DNA of 64,000 nucleotides from Candidatus Omnitrophota bacterium (GCA_043732705.1 JAYTHE010000002.1:56385-120384), one strand, 5' to 3'. Counted from the first letter of the stretch, positions 50,201-57,046 are shown. Numbers and translations: made by a program. Notes: generated from the letters alone by a model not told the origin.

Positions 50201-53200
50201 GTTAAGGGTATGGATCCCGCGACAGATTCTTACAGTGCCTTTTTTGATAATGACGGCAACCCCACGAAATTGGCGCAAGAGCTTAGAAAGCGGGGAATTA
50301 AGCGAGTTTTTGTTATGGGCTTGGCCTATGATTATTGCGTGGGCTGGTCAGCCGAAGGCGCGCATAAATTAGGATTTGAAGTTGTTGTTGTAAAAGATGG
50401 TACGCGCCCGGTTGGTTTTCCTGCGGATAGTATTTCAAAAATGGATGCATCTTTTGCGGCAAAAGAAATTCCGGTTGTTTCGACTCAGGATGTTCTTGAT
50501 GCCAACGATTATCGTGGTGTCAACATGGCCAAGATGCTTGAAACCCCGATTGCGCACCCTGATTTTCCGGAAGAAGAAGATAGCTCCGCGCTTGAAGAAG
50601 ATATGTACCACATTACGATGGGCCAAACGCTGTTTCTTGAAAACTTACATAATCAGCCGGCGACTTTTGATTATTTTTATCGTGCTGCGCCTTATGGTCA
50701 GGATCACATCACGGTTTCAGGTTTGCGTTTCCTTCTTGAAGAATTAAAAAAATTCCGTTTTACTGAAGAGCAAATTCAATATCTAGCGAACATTCACAAG
50801 TTGAGCAGTGCTTCGGAGCTTGATCCAAAATATGTTGCTTACTTGCGAAATTATCGCTTCCAAGGTGATATTTCAGGCTTGCCTGAAGGCAGTGTGGCTT
50901 ATCCGAATGAACCGATTTTGACGGTCAAAGGCACGCTTTTTGACACCATGATCATTGAGACATTGATTCTGAAGACAATGAATTTTGGTGGGTTGATTTC
51001 AACTTGGGCAAGTTTGGAAAGACAACAAAAAGGAAATAATGCTCGTTTGATTGCGACCGGTCTTGAGGGCGCGCATGGAATTGCTCATAGCAGAGCAGCC
51101 TATGCGGCCTTTATTGCGGGCATCGACGCGACAGACGATTTTGATGCCGCAATGCGTTATGGAATTCCGTTAGCTGGCCCTCGCCAAAAGGGAACAAGAT
51201 TGGGCGCGGATCTTTTGACCGGTGGACCGAAATCTTCTATGGGCGGGGTTTATAAATTAGTTCATATAAATAAACGTGGTGTTGTTAAGTTGAGTGAGAA
51301 CGCGGCTAAAACATCGTTGCCCGGGAATAAAGTTATTGTTGAAGTTGTGGACAAAACCACGGGAAAAGTATTGCGTCGGTTGAAAAAGTTACAAAGTGAA
51401 AAGCTTGAGTTGGCCGCGAATGAAAAAATTAGAGTTCGATCCATTCCGCTTGTACACAAGGGCGAAGCCATTTATTCCGTACCAGATCCTTTTGAGGTTC
51501 GTGCTTATCGCGACGCGGATGCGGCGCGCCTCAAAGACATTAAAGCGTCGGAAGTTTCTCCGCGCATGGCGGCTTTCCAGAAAAAGCTCATTGATCGCAT
51601 TCATGGCCGATCTGAGCAGCGCAAGCCGCATCCGAATGTTCAGGAATCCGAATTATCAGAGGGCGAGGTAGATCAACTTTATGCTTTCTCAAAATCAATG
51701 ATGGAGCAAGCGCGAAGTATTTTGGATGAGTTTATTGTGCGGGGGTTTGGTCAATCAAAAAAAGATGATGGTAGTGTCTTGACCGATATTGACCCTGCAA
51801 TTCAACAGCGTGTTTTAGAAATGGTGCGTGAAAGATTCCCGGCGCATTATGTGCTCGCGGAAGAAAAATTGACTTCGGCTGAAGCGAGAGAGAATGACGC
51901 TTTAAAAAACTCCGATTATAAGTGGGTAGTTGATCCAATTGACGGGTCTCGAATTCTCGGAGAGGGTAATAATTATTACGCTATCTCGATCGCCCTGTAT
52001 TTCAAGGGAAAACCGGTGCTAGGATTAGTTTATTCGCCTTTCTTGGGCGGTTTTTTAGAAACTTCGCAGAATGAACCGCATGTCACCTTAAATCATATGC
52101 CGATTGTGCTTGATCCGAAGGCGGCTTTGCCTAAAACCCTCAAAACGATTATTCCGGGCACGACTCCCTACTCTGAGAATTTTAGAGAGGCCCTATTGGA
52201 TGATACTAGGCTGCGCCAAGCAGGCGTTCAAAAGATTGAAACACAAGTGGTGATCCGTTCCGCAGTGGTTAACCTGGCCAATATTTTACGTAGCCGTTAC
52301 GACTTATTTGCCAATATCGGCGAAAAGGAAATGAATATTTGGGATATTGCCGCGGCAGGCTATCTTCTGCAAAAAGCTGGGCGCAGCATGCTTGTTTCGC
52401 GTGGCGGTAAGTGGGAAAATGCTCTCGAAGTTTTTAGACATGATTTGACTTCGACGCAAACTATGAGTGGTTATCATTTTATAGCTGGATCCGACGCTGT
52501 TTTGGCCCATGTGCAAGCCATTTTGAGTCCGAGCGGTACACCCGTGAACAGTAGCCAATTACCCAGAGATGTCGAAACTGTTTCAAACCGAGTGATCTCG
52601 CACGATAAGCCCTTCGCGGCGGTATTCGATTTTCATGGAACCTTGGTAGAAACTACATGGAAAAATGAATTTGCGCTTGCGTATGACCAGGTGAAAAAAG
52701 TTGGTATGGCTGCCGCGCTTGCATGGGTTGAAAAAAACGCGCATCAAGATTTACGAGTTTTTATGCCCGCGCAGCTTGGAATGAAACAGTCTGAATTTTT
52801 AAAAATTTTGGCGGTAGCACAGGAAGAGTCTCGTGAAAACTATTTTCCGCGACTGCTTGACGGCGCGCGTGAAATGGTTCAGGCGCTTTTGGAAAGAAAT
52901 GTGCCTGTTTTTATTCTTACGGGGTCGCCGAGTGAGGTTGTTTTAAAACAGCTTGAGCAAGCGGGCCTGCTTGATTTAATTCCTAAAGAAAACATTATTA
53001 CTCGAGATCGCATTGAGCAATCCACCGGTAAGGTTCAAGGATCGCTCAAAGATGCGGCGATTTCAAGTCTTCAAACGCAGCTTCCTAATCACCGCTTTTT
53101 ACATTTTAGCGATTCACCGGGTGGATTCGAATCAATTCACCAAATCGAGGGTTTTAATTTTGGGCGCGTGGATGGCGAAGGCCAGGAAAGGGTCGCTAAG

Positions 53201-54952
53201 CGGGAAAGGATGGTTGGAAGTCAGGCTGATTTCTTGTTGAACGCTGGGTTTAAGCATTGGCGAGAGCTAATTGATTTTCTGAAAATTAAAACAGCGTTGC
53301 AATACCAAGCTCCCGTGCTTGCGACGACCAGTGATGAGGCCGTTGAAGTCCCGTTTATTTTGCCGGCAAAGCGGAATGGTGGATTGGCCCTCCACATTTT
53401 TGTCAGTGACGATCTGAAGGAGGTTACTTATTCGGAAGTGCTTGACGATTCTCAAGTTTATGGCAAAGAGGGTGCTGTAGATTATACGAAACTTAAACTT
53501 AAAAAAATCGCTACGTTTCCAAGCTCTTACCTTATTTCTCCATCCAAACAAATTGCGGTACTTTCGCCGCCGGAAGTTTTAGACGCGATCGGGCGTGTTT
53601 GGCCCCAACATAAACGCTATACGACTTATCGTGGCGTCACGACATCGTGGGATCAAGAGGAAGACATTAATGTTTGGTCATTCAACATTGATAGCGGTTA
53701 CCTGCTTAAGGTTTTGCATGAAGCCGGGTTGCTCAACGAGACTGTCAAAAAAGCCGCTGAAGTGGGCGTGGGCGGCGGACAGGTTTCCGCCGATATTGTC
53801 GCAGCGCTGCCTCATTTGGAGGAAATGACGTTCTCCGATATTAGTTTGTATGCTTTGCGCGCCGCAAAGGCAAACATTTTGCCGTGGATTAAGAAGAAAC
53901 TCATACGGCTTAGGACTTTTCTTGGAAAAGGTATTAAAGCCTTTCCGAAAGATTTAGATTTGTTGATTGTCAATCCGCCTTATATTCCCACATCGCCATT
54001 TGAAAAAAGACCCACGAACGATCCTTATCGAGGTACCGGGTTGATTCATGAAGTGATTCAAGACGGTTTTAGGCATTTAAATCCTGCGAATCCTAAGGCA
54101 GCGGTTGTGATGAATGTAAGCTCTTTGGCCGCACAGGATTTTGAGCGTTATCAGCAAGAGTTTTCAGCGCAAGTTGAAATTTCGCCGATTGGGGAGCCTT
54201 TACTTGTGCCGCTTAAAATTCGTACGATTTCAGAAGAGTGGAAGCGGTGGTTGGTTGAAAATGGAATGCTTGAAAGACGCCCCACGACCAAGCTAGGCGA
54301 AGAGGAATATTGGCACCGGATTCAAGCCTATGTCATTCGCCCCAAGGCGAATGTGCGTTCGGAACAACGTTTAGCAGATAGTCAGCCTGTAACTATTTTT
54401 CAATCCAAGCCTGTTCGTGCTTCTGCAGTTGAAGGGGTTTTTGTAGCTCCTATTACAGTGCTTGTTGATGCGCGTGACTTTGCCGCTTTTAATTCGGAAC
54501 AGAAGCAAGAGTTTTTTAAGTTGTTCGAAAAATATCAAGGGCAACAGCATTTGAAATTTATCTTTGAAAATATAGCAGCTTTAAACGAACAAGATCCTGT
54601 CGCTGCTGAATTACGGGATTTTGCAGGGCAATATCCACGTTTGATTGAAACGCGCAATCAATCCCTAGATAGGTTGGCACTTCCGAAAACAGCGGTGATT
54701 ATGGTTTCAAAAGAGGGGCTGGATAACGCGGCTCGGGAAAGTATGATCCGAAGCAGTGTGCCCCAGCACTTGATCGTTTCATATAAAAGACAAAATATCT
54801 CCGCAGGGTTAATTACAGCGGCACTTTTATTGTTTCAATCGGAACGGTATCAAGCTTATCAAAACCGGTCACTTTCAGAAGTTCCGAGTGATTTACAAGC
54901 TCAAGTATTTGAGATTTTGGAAAGCTTTGTTTATATTGGGCGTTCGGCTTAA
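41261..54952 (+). CDS. Giant 4563 aa multidomain protein fusing the NAD biosynthesis, salvage and turnover enzymes, with an N-terminal TM anchor
   Basis: A single uninterrupted 13,692 nt ORF. Recognisable domains are listed as separate 'other' features below. Confidence 0.85.
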   Translation: MIFEKDQLRFLKVVSSKKKESIVLSQNHFFYSARLRRVIAFFLVIVFLFSDYAFLPASFAQTLRATGAGNLSASNFVPMKLAFSESWGKVDETFKGASQKTLILIQDAHDSLEAQENIAHLVDYFVREKKVHTVYEEGLEGKVPTDDYFGFIRNSDVKREVAYYLMDHLRVGGAEYAHINRHRPFNLVGIDNHKLHEQNLFWFRRVFQNSDVIQNDLRLLKKRLQKIADKKLNKKIKSWLKGYERYHRGEMAFYDFLRPSVDALGKQPFPSKQFPQIQILREPSDLAQIKTPELFKEVESFDSWMLEALGHNADEKELLRLFRQVMLFEKLSTFKLTPHEFKWAQEVLRSFNTQAAAKFIHRASNQSVVLSTVWESYLRDALQFYETAYARDEAVEQNLANGFLNDKENEAVLVFGGFHKDAIKNILQRHGISYAVISPKISGVSKRHQAYYQEIMAHGYLKSELPQALARATVQNHVFQITSREGFPAYLRRVLPPRLSSLLPLTIARSEQRDNGIERVDYPDSHLRIAMAQINTTVGDFEGNYRKALASYEKARTQDVDVLVLPELTISGYLPEDLVNKEHFVRQNKETLHLFAKQIQDMTVVIGFIDSDDQGNLYNAAAVISDGEVKHVYHKWDLPNYGVFDEKRNFTGKETTIFTPGHTPFVFTVKGLPVGLNICEDIWNDRGRGLNVYEEEAKLGAKLQINISASPFHEQKLDQVRLDLLRKRAAQTGSIILYANLVGGQDEVVFDGGSMIMTPQGELTARGAQFQEDLVITDVDLSRSNNQPHADALFPAMSPSQNSSRKVPLEKRELTPPLSAIAEDYEAMVLATRDYLRKSGFKTVVLGLSGGIDSAVVAAIARDAIGAENVKGISMPTQFNSEGTKSDARITAEKLGIKFEENPIQNLFSLFLSTVEGNAKTGFVATFYAFLRWFSMMPKFGHWFQRFSLVGFSAFGISEENMQARIRGMMLMRESNKNGSLLLTTGNKSETAVGYATLYGDMAGGFAPIKDAYKTRVFDFARYVNQRDAREVIPVSTIDRPPSAELNKDQKDEDALPPYVTELDPMLKLYLEKNAPAEDLAVVAGMKQALTEKGIYSEEKHRLFADEVFTTGNLIQALAKLRAQLGNPNDEPFSSLKERAAELGSKKAHDVIRRVDLNEYKRRQGPPGVKLTPTAFGKDRRMPIVNTYRQRGVEDFLRRDGAPRAVTVKKEDAALIVGKFAPFHNGHESLIRQALNENEKVVVLVYDHPELINISATEMAEMITKIINNERLTVIPVYGAPPAGDSREARQAHLDFMKRQLPPNIHVTKVYNNEWYGKDIANGLNAEIIQPDPKRTQIGISAKKIRQDPTSLAEAHVHPDMWERLQKSGTKMWAVPDQERLYREGMDASFVDRSMDEAEKVRIRASIEAKNPGYADKAKLFAPVKWDPATYESENLPSVVGNLRDHATFSQQRGVRILDLLIRDPKKGWAIPKVLEPFREAIQMAVEHERAINPDFDELHVYVTIDQKKVEPDKFQRRPGGHADAFPTKETNNISSELVLDDTYIMSDRPEISTWLMPGPFPVKDVDLNDDEAVLKRFDEVGQKQIAAGKAKQMPAFQMIRMTPYDIHAVAQNKTGHPIERTFIKVQFSRDRLNMMGNTLNRVEDKKGTPVFDYSDWTWIPRKQGVRNNRNSILGWNRADADQFLEVDPSKIDFNQGKVAFDWAEPEVLFIKKIEGVHAEPAIEGEVLETKVNGDIVTFNIAQKGDRKITTSQGDQYFLSDEKFRDRYFADEGKDGFYQPQAQVARAIRIIKPIRIRSSWGAWQYLSVGSVLVSTHADHAYGIHKDNYEASYRRTDAEGNFLSEQLLNPDQVVSADVSPALKGQIESLNPAHSTDNLFGVAKWDVAGFNEPHLPVVISDTLSNRDNVSYFEGDTGIRYLDLLIYAPGQGWAIPKNLEPFIEPIRLAYEAERLANPAFKERFIHITVDQKTVPIDKPGRRPGLHADAGLKDANGRSIDVLAENRREIEAMRGKSSDHAYVFYDKLPTEFYPGPFHLEQAADGATFESLVPPGQTPVTYPKFTLLRLNAFDVHTSTINQTGESQKRTFFKLQFTERLLDRPNNSINSFLNYDRARAVSVQRSEQRSNMSREDALANIARLNAARPKGYPERSLNLTKPYTAPIVYKNARSKKNPYGWAHPDLSDSKISAADRHRAIETLRAHIMRFDEQFDLRTDFDPETGLPVNDAETGLNGRGSLGRHGPNPAEDAIFLRYNKAGELEVLVIERNDGGGRALPGGMIKEGEENLVGVTSTRELEEETKLQIDMTKGVVVFRGKANEWRDTNDAWMVTRGVAVLLSWEESQHLKPHAGSDAKKKTARFVKVTDNMGLYAHHQINVNNAVAMVRNGQLQTSDEAINKNIPAVDITITDIEEAYELFKAGKGKVSESYDLIVPETPHGGGYAVFAGLEETLSSIRRRRFTPDHIAALRKMETFSEDFLKFLQQFTFEGDLDALPEGSVVSPKIPLMRIQATPVEMALLKGLIQNRIGFSTNIATKTARITQAANGDFVTPEAMERLRKKDGLAPEQVKKIRPVSDFGQRRGQGKGSLVASLAAIIGGAISTSFVKAAKQFFLNASGTMAHLFISSFPAKLEIMAFRIWGKIYPKTSIFLLDTYDSIEATKKAIIVAKEMVLNGGQLFGVRLDSGDLVVLSRTIRKMLDDADLHYVKIFATDDLDEFKITDILSKGARIDGFGVGTNLITGGKQATLKLEFVPSHGERYWRARHQGQFTRYVRTDRDRVAHASYGEEMTELLRPFWRKGQRVQDAKKPWKAHERAIDELRQFKPENKKLENAATIPVEDQKNPLTINPETDAIISIDATKAFMKKGGLPVKDGDDVVAPIKLLLRRFPKNRRFAAVDKHPRGHISWASSFVGTPPMTYLTYEEVEKWTDANHKIGPNAKFDLAQLKEKLKRIGGQMLWPDHAGENTPESELHPDFLESDFEYIEVKGMDPATDSYSAFFDNDGNPTKLAQELRKRGIKRVFVMGLAYDYCVGWSAEGAHKLGFEVVVVKDGTRPVGFPADSISKMDASFAAKEIPVVSTQDVLDANDYRGVNMAKMLETPIAHPDFPEEEDSSALEEDMYHITMGQTLFLENLHNQPATFDYFYRAAPYGQDHITVSGLRFLLEELKKFRFTEEQIQYLANIHKLSSASELDPKYVAYLRNYRFQGDISGLPEGSVAYPNEPILTVKGTLFDTMIIETLILKTMNFGGLISTWASLERQQKGNNARLIATGLEGAHGIAHSRAAYAAFIAGIDATDDFDAAMRYGIPLAGPRQKGTRLGADLLTGGPKSSMGGVYKLVHINKRGVVKLSENAAKTSLPGNKVIVEVVDKTTGKVLRRLKKLQSEKLELAANEKIRVRSIPLVHKGEAIYSVPDPFEVRAYRDADAARLKDIKASEVSPRMAAFQKKLIDRIHGRSEQRKPHPNVQESELSEGEVDQLYAFSKSMMEQARSILDEFIVRGFGQSKKDDGSVLTDIDPAIQQRVLEMVRERFPAHYVLAEEKLTSAEARENDALKNSDYKWVVDPIDGSRILGEGNNYYAISIALYFKGKPVLGLVYSPFLGGFLETSQNEPHVTLNHMPIVLDPKAALPKTLKTIIPGTTPYSENFREALLDDTRLRQAGVQKIETQVVIRSAVVNLANILRSRYDLFANIGEKEMNIWDIAAAGYLLQKAGRSMLVSRGGKWENALEVFRHDLTSTQTMSGYHFIAGSDAVLAHVQAILSPSGTPVNSSQLPRDVETVSNRVISHDKPFAAVFDFHGTLVETTWKNEFALAYDQVKKVGMAAALAWVEKNAHQDLRVFMPAQLGMKQSEFLKILAVAQEESRENYFPRLLDGAREMVQALLERNVPVFILTGSPSEVVLKQLEQAGLLDLIPKENIITRDRIEQSTGKVQGSLKDAAISSLQTQLPNHRFLHFSDSPGGFESIHQIEGFNFGRVDGEGQERVAKRERMVGSQADFLLNAGFKHWRELIDFLKIKTALQYQAPVLATTSDEAVEVPFILPAKRNGGLALHIFVSDDLKEVTYSEVLDDSQVYGKEGAVDYTKLKLKKIATFPSSYLISPSKQIAVLSPPEVLDAIGRVWPQHKRYTTYRGVTTSWDQEEDINVWSFNIDSGYLLKVLHEAGLLNETVKKAAEVGVGGGQVSADIVAALPHLEEMTFSDISLYALRAAKANILPWIKKKLIRLRTFLGKGIKAFPKDLDLLIVNPPYIPTSPFEKRPTNDPYRGTGLIHEVIQDGFRHLNPANPKAAVVMNVSSLAAQDFERYQQEFSAQVEISPIGEPLLVPLKIRTISEEWKRWLVENGMLERRPTTKLGEEEYWHRIQAYVIRPKANVRSEQRLADSQPVTIFQSKPVRASAVEGVFVAPITVLVDARDFAAFNSEQKQEFFKLFEKYQGQQHLKFIFENIAALNEQDPVAAELRDFAGQYPRLIETRNQSLDRLALPKTAVIMVSKEGLDNAARESMIRSSVPQHLIVSYKRQNISAGLITAALLLFQSERYQAYQNRSLSEVPSDLQAQVFEILESFVYIGRSA
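41366..42800 (+). other. Giant-ORF N-terminus: a TM/signal-anchor helix (VIAFFLVIVFLFSDYAFLPASFA) followed by a roughly 450 aa unassigned domain
   Basis: Hydrophobic helix at aa 36-60. No confident family match. Confidence 0.4.
42830..44520 (+). other. Giant-ORF domain: glutamine-dependent NAD+ synthetase (NadE) as a CN-hydrolase/nitrilase domain plus an NAD-synthase PP-loop domain
   Basis: CN-hydrolase motifs LVLPELTISGY and the catalytic Cys context LNICEDIW. An NAD synthase SGGIDS PP-loop and TTGNKSETAVGYATLYGD follow. Confidence 0.8.
44880..45400 (+). other. Giant-ORF domain: NMN/NaMN adenylyltransferase (NadM/NadR-type nucleotidyltransferase)
   Basis: The (H/T)xGH motif appears as GKFAPFHNGHESL, together with the ISAKKIR-type second motif. 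Confidence 0.7.
45615..47560 (+). other. Giant-ORF: a duplicated unassigned domain of about 180 aa (copies at 45615-46165 and 47000-47560) separated by a beta-rich spacer
   Basis: Paralogous segments: G(V/I)R(I/Y)LDLLI..P..GWAIPK.LEPF and ..TVDQK.V..DK..RRPG.HADA. I recognise no family. Confidence 0.4.
47940..48340 (+). other. Giant-ORF domain: Nudix hydrolase, ADP-ribose pyrophosphatase-like
   Basis: GRHGPNPAEDAIF and the Nudix box ALPGGMIKEGEENLVGVTSTRELEEETKL. Confidence 0.7.
48500..49510 (+). other. Giant-ORF domain: type II phosphoribosyltransferase of the NAPRT/NAMPT superfamily, copy 1
   Basis: LLDTYDSIEA, GVRLDSGDL and GFGVGTNL motifs. Confidence 0.65.
49795..50500 (+). other. Giant-ORF domain: nicotinamidase / isochorismatase-like cysteine hydrolase (PncA)
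   Basis: IISIDATKAF carries the Asp, a Lys lies in the mid region, and VFVMGLAYDYCV carries the catalytic Cys. Confidence 0.7.
50590..51560 (+). other. Giant-ORF domain: nicotinate phosphoribosyltransferase-like (PncB-type), copy 2
   Basis: An N-terminal MYHITMGQ box of LTM type, a central PRTase barrel and a C-terminal VKLSENAAKTSLPGNKV tail typical of NAPRTases. Confidence 0.6.
51700..52520 (+). other. Giant-ORF domain: inositol-monophosphatase/CysQ-family phosphatase, a candidate NADP or PAP phosphatase
   Basis: DGSVLTDIDP, WVVDPIDGS and WDIAAAGYLL IMPase motifs. Confidence 0.65.
52600..53260 (+). other. Giant-ORF domain: HAD-superfamily phosphatase
   Basis: Motif I FDFHGTLVET (DxDGT type) and motif III ILTGSP. 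Confidence 0.6.
53560..54350 (+). other. Giant-ORF domain: SAM-dependent methyltransferase with an NPPY motif (HemK/N6-amino MTase class)
   Basis: A glycine-rich VGVGGGQVS SAM loop and LLIVNPPYIPT. Confidence 0.6.
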
Positions 54953-54972
54953 TCCGCTTAAAATTCGCGGGG

Positions 54973-56079
54973 TTAGGGCAGGCGTTTTGACCCGGCTGTG
55001 TCAAGTATTTGGCAAATGGAAGCCTTTGTAAATTCCTTCCCGAAAACGCGGTGCCACACCTCGGGCGATTCCATAATTAAGTAAGTGGTTACACCGGGAA
55101 GATGCTTTTCGAGCATCTCGACCAAGCCTTTATAGAGTTCGAGGCGGCGGTGTTTGAAATAACGCAATTTTCCGTCCATGCCGTTGACCCATTGTCCGTA
55201 AGGTAATTTTGATTTCGGAAAACGGTCCTGCATTTTCTTTTTGAGATCCGGCATCATGCGCAAGGAGCCGATTGAAATCCAGGCAATTTTATCGGCCGGC
55301 ACTGCCGCTGCGATTTTCTGAACGGTGATTTCGTATTCTATTTCCCAATTTTCAAAATCAATCATCGGGTCAAAATGAAATCCGACGCGGTAGCCCGGAA
55401 TTTTAGCGATTTTGGATGCGGCTTCCAATCTCTCCGCGATTGTGGCGCATTTATGCTCTTCTTCTTTCTGAATCGGTCCGGCATTAATCGACCAAGATAC
55501 GATGGTTTTACCTTCAGGTTTTAAATCCAAAAGATTTTTGATGTTATCGCTTTTCGTTTTAAATTCGAGCACGGCATTTTTTTGCTTCGCAAAAAAAGGT
55601 ACAAGAATTTTCGACGTATGCGTGATGTGATCAAGCGAAAGCGAATCGGATAAATGGCCGGTGCCGATGCGGAAAAATTTACCGGGGTGGCGATTAAGGA
55701 ATTTTTGAAGATTATCGAGAATCTCATCCATGTTTACGTAAATCATCAGCAGGGGATTGGTTAAATAAGCCTGCAGAATGCAATAGCTGCATTCCATGTC
55801 GCAGCCTTCCTGTAAATGAAGCGAGTGATAATCGCAGGAGAAATAATCTTCGGCTTCGGGAAAAGGTTTGAAGGAACGGCCCTGATCGCGCGCCAGGAAA
55901 ATTGTTTTCTTGCCTTGCACCCAGGGGTCACGATTGGTTTTTACGTTTTCATAAACATCGCTCGCGTGTTTCGCGCTTTCACGCGGGACATTCGGAAAGC
56001 GTTTCAAAATATCTTTTGTAAGCGGAAGTTTTTCTGCACCTTTTTCGATATAGATTTTGGAGGGAGTGAACAATTTCAT
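54973..56079 (-). CDS. Radical-SAM protein of the spore-photoproduct-lyase/DNA-photolyase-like family
   Basis: A CDMECSYC CxxxCxxC cluster, overall SplB-like size. The ATG at 56079 (MKLF) is preferred, in an ATGA overlap with the GT2 stop. Confidence 0.55.
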   Translation of the reverse strand: MKLFTPSKIYIEKGAEKLPLTKDILKRFPNVPRESAKHASDVYENVKTNRDPWVQGKKTIFLARDQGRSFKPFPEAEDYFSCDYHSLHLQEGCDMECSYCILQAYLTNPLLMIYVNMDEILDNLQKFLNRHPGKFFRIGTGHLSDSLSLDHITHTSKILVPFFAKQKNAVLEFKTKSDNIKNLLDLKPEGKTIVSWSINAGPIQKEEEHKCATIAERLEAASKIAKIPGYRVGFHFDPMIDFENWEIEYEITVQKIAAAVPADKIAWISIGSLRMMPDLKKKMQDRFPKSKLPYGQWVNGMDGKLRYFKHRRLELYKGLVEMLEKHLPGVTTYLIMESPEVWHRVFGKEFTKASICQILDTAGSKRLP

Positions 56080-57014
56080 TGTTCCGCTCCACGTTCCACG
56101 CCCCACGCCCCACGGTTTTCATTCGTGGCCCGTGGCTCGTGGCCCGTGGCTCCAAATAAATTTGAAAGTTCGTTAAGTAATTCCGTGTTATTTCTTTTTT
56201 TTGCCCCAAGTTCTAAGATTCTAAGTTTTTCATTGTACATGGCTTGTGCGGCTTGGGTTTGCGCAGGATTGAGAATACCGGATGCGATGGTTTCCGCCAA
56301 AGCTTTGACGCGAAAACGGTCCATGGCTTCGTATTTGTGCGAAAGCTGGTCTTCATGTCCGCCATATTTTTTTAAATATTCTTCCTCGATCAAACCGACA
56401 GGGTAGCGCGATGCGATGCGCAGCCACATTTCATAGTCTTCACAAGCGGGGTAACTTTCATTAAAGCGCCCGACTTCATCCAAAAGCGAACGATGAATCA
56501 TGACCGCGGACGGACTGATCGCGCAAAGCGGCAGGCAATGTTCAAAAATCCAGCCGCCTTCTTTTTCGTGTTTTTTCATTTTATTGACGCGTACGCCTTT
56601 ACGGATCCAAATTTCATCAGTCTGGCAGATTTTATATTCCGGATTTTTCAGAAAAAAATTCATTTGAGCCGCAAGCATATTAGGCAGCCATTCATCGTCG
56701 GAATCAAGAAATGCGATCCACTCGCCTTTGGCTTGTGCGATGCCGGTGTTGCGTGCGGCGGAAACTCCGCGATTGGCTTGGCTGATAAATTTAATGGGGA
56801 ATGCTTTAGGAGTGATGGGAGCTTCGCCAAAACCCAAATGATGTTCTTTTCCGTTCGGCAAATAAAGTTTATGGATTAGCTCTTCGGTATTATCGGTGGA
56901 GCCGTCATCGACTACGATCAGTTCAAACTCCGCGCCCTGCTGGGTCAGCACCGAATGAATAGCGCGACGCACAATGTCGGCCCGGTTATATGTGGGGATA
57001 ATCACTGAAATCAT
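56076..57014 (-). CDS. Family 2 glycosyltransferase
   Basis: VIIPTYNR...VVDDGSTD...DSDDEW GT-A motifs. Confidence 0.8.
   Translation of the reverse strand: MISVIIPTYNRADIVRRAIHSVLTQQGAEFELIVVDDGSTDNTEELIHKLYLPNGKEHHLGFGEAPITPKAFPIKFISQANRGVSAARNTGIAQAKGEWIAFLDSDDEWLPNMLAAQMNFFLKNPEYKICQTDEIWIRKGVRVNKMKKHEKEGGWIFEHCLPLCAISPSAVMIHRSLLDEVGRFNESYPACEDYEMWLRIASRYPVGLIEEEYLKKYGGHEDQLSHKYEAMDRFRVKALAETIASGILNPAQTQAAQAMYNEKLRILELGAKKRNNTELLNELSNLFGATGHEPRATNENRGAWGVERGAEQ
56087..56152. repeat. Long imperfect hairpin built from (CCACGNN)4 / (CGTGGNN)4 arms at the GT2 / radical-SAM gene junction
   Basis: In mRNA sense it reads GCCACGGGCCACGAGCCACGGGCCACG-aaugaaaac-CGUGGGGCGUGGGGCGUGGAACGUGGAGC. The 3' arm covers the SD GGAG of the downstream gene. 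Confidence 0.5.
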
Positions 57015-57046
57015 GCGGGCATTTTAGCAGAATTGGCTTAAATTAG

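Noticed and set aside
41753-53828. About 25 short ORFs (60-150 aa) on both strands overlapping the giant gene
   Set aside because: All lie in alternate frames of, or antisense to, a single 13.7 kb ORF with clear domain content. None has recognisable motifs.
41261-54952. Giant ORF as a chance read-through or as several genes accidentally fused
   Set aside because: A 4563-codon stop-free frame cannot arise by chance at this GC content. The domain boundaries show no SD/ATG restarts or frameshifts. An assembly chimera cannot be excluded from sequence alone, and the finding flags that.
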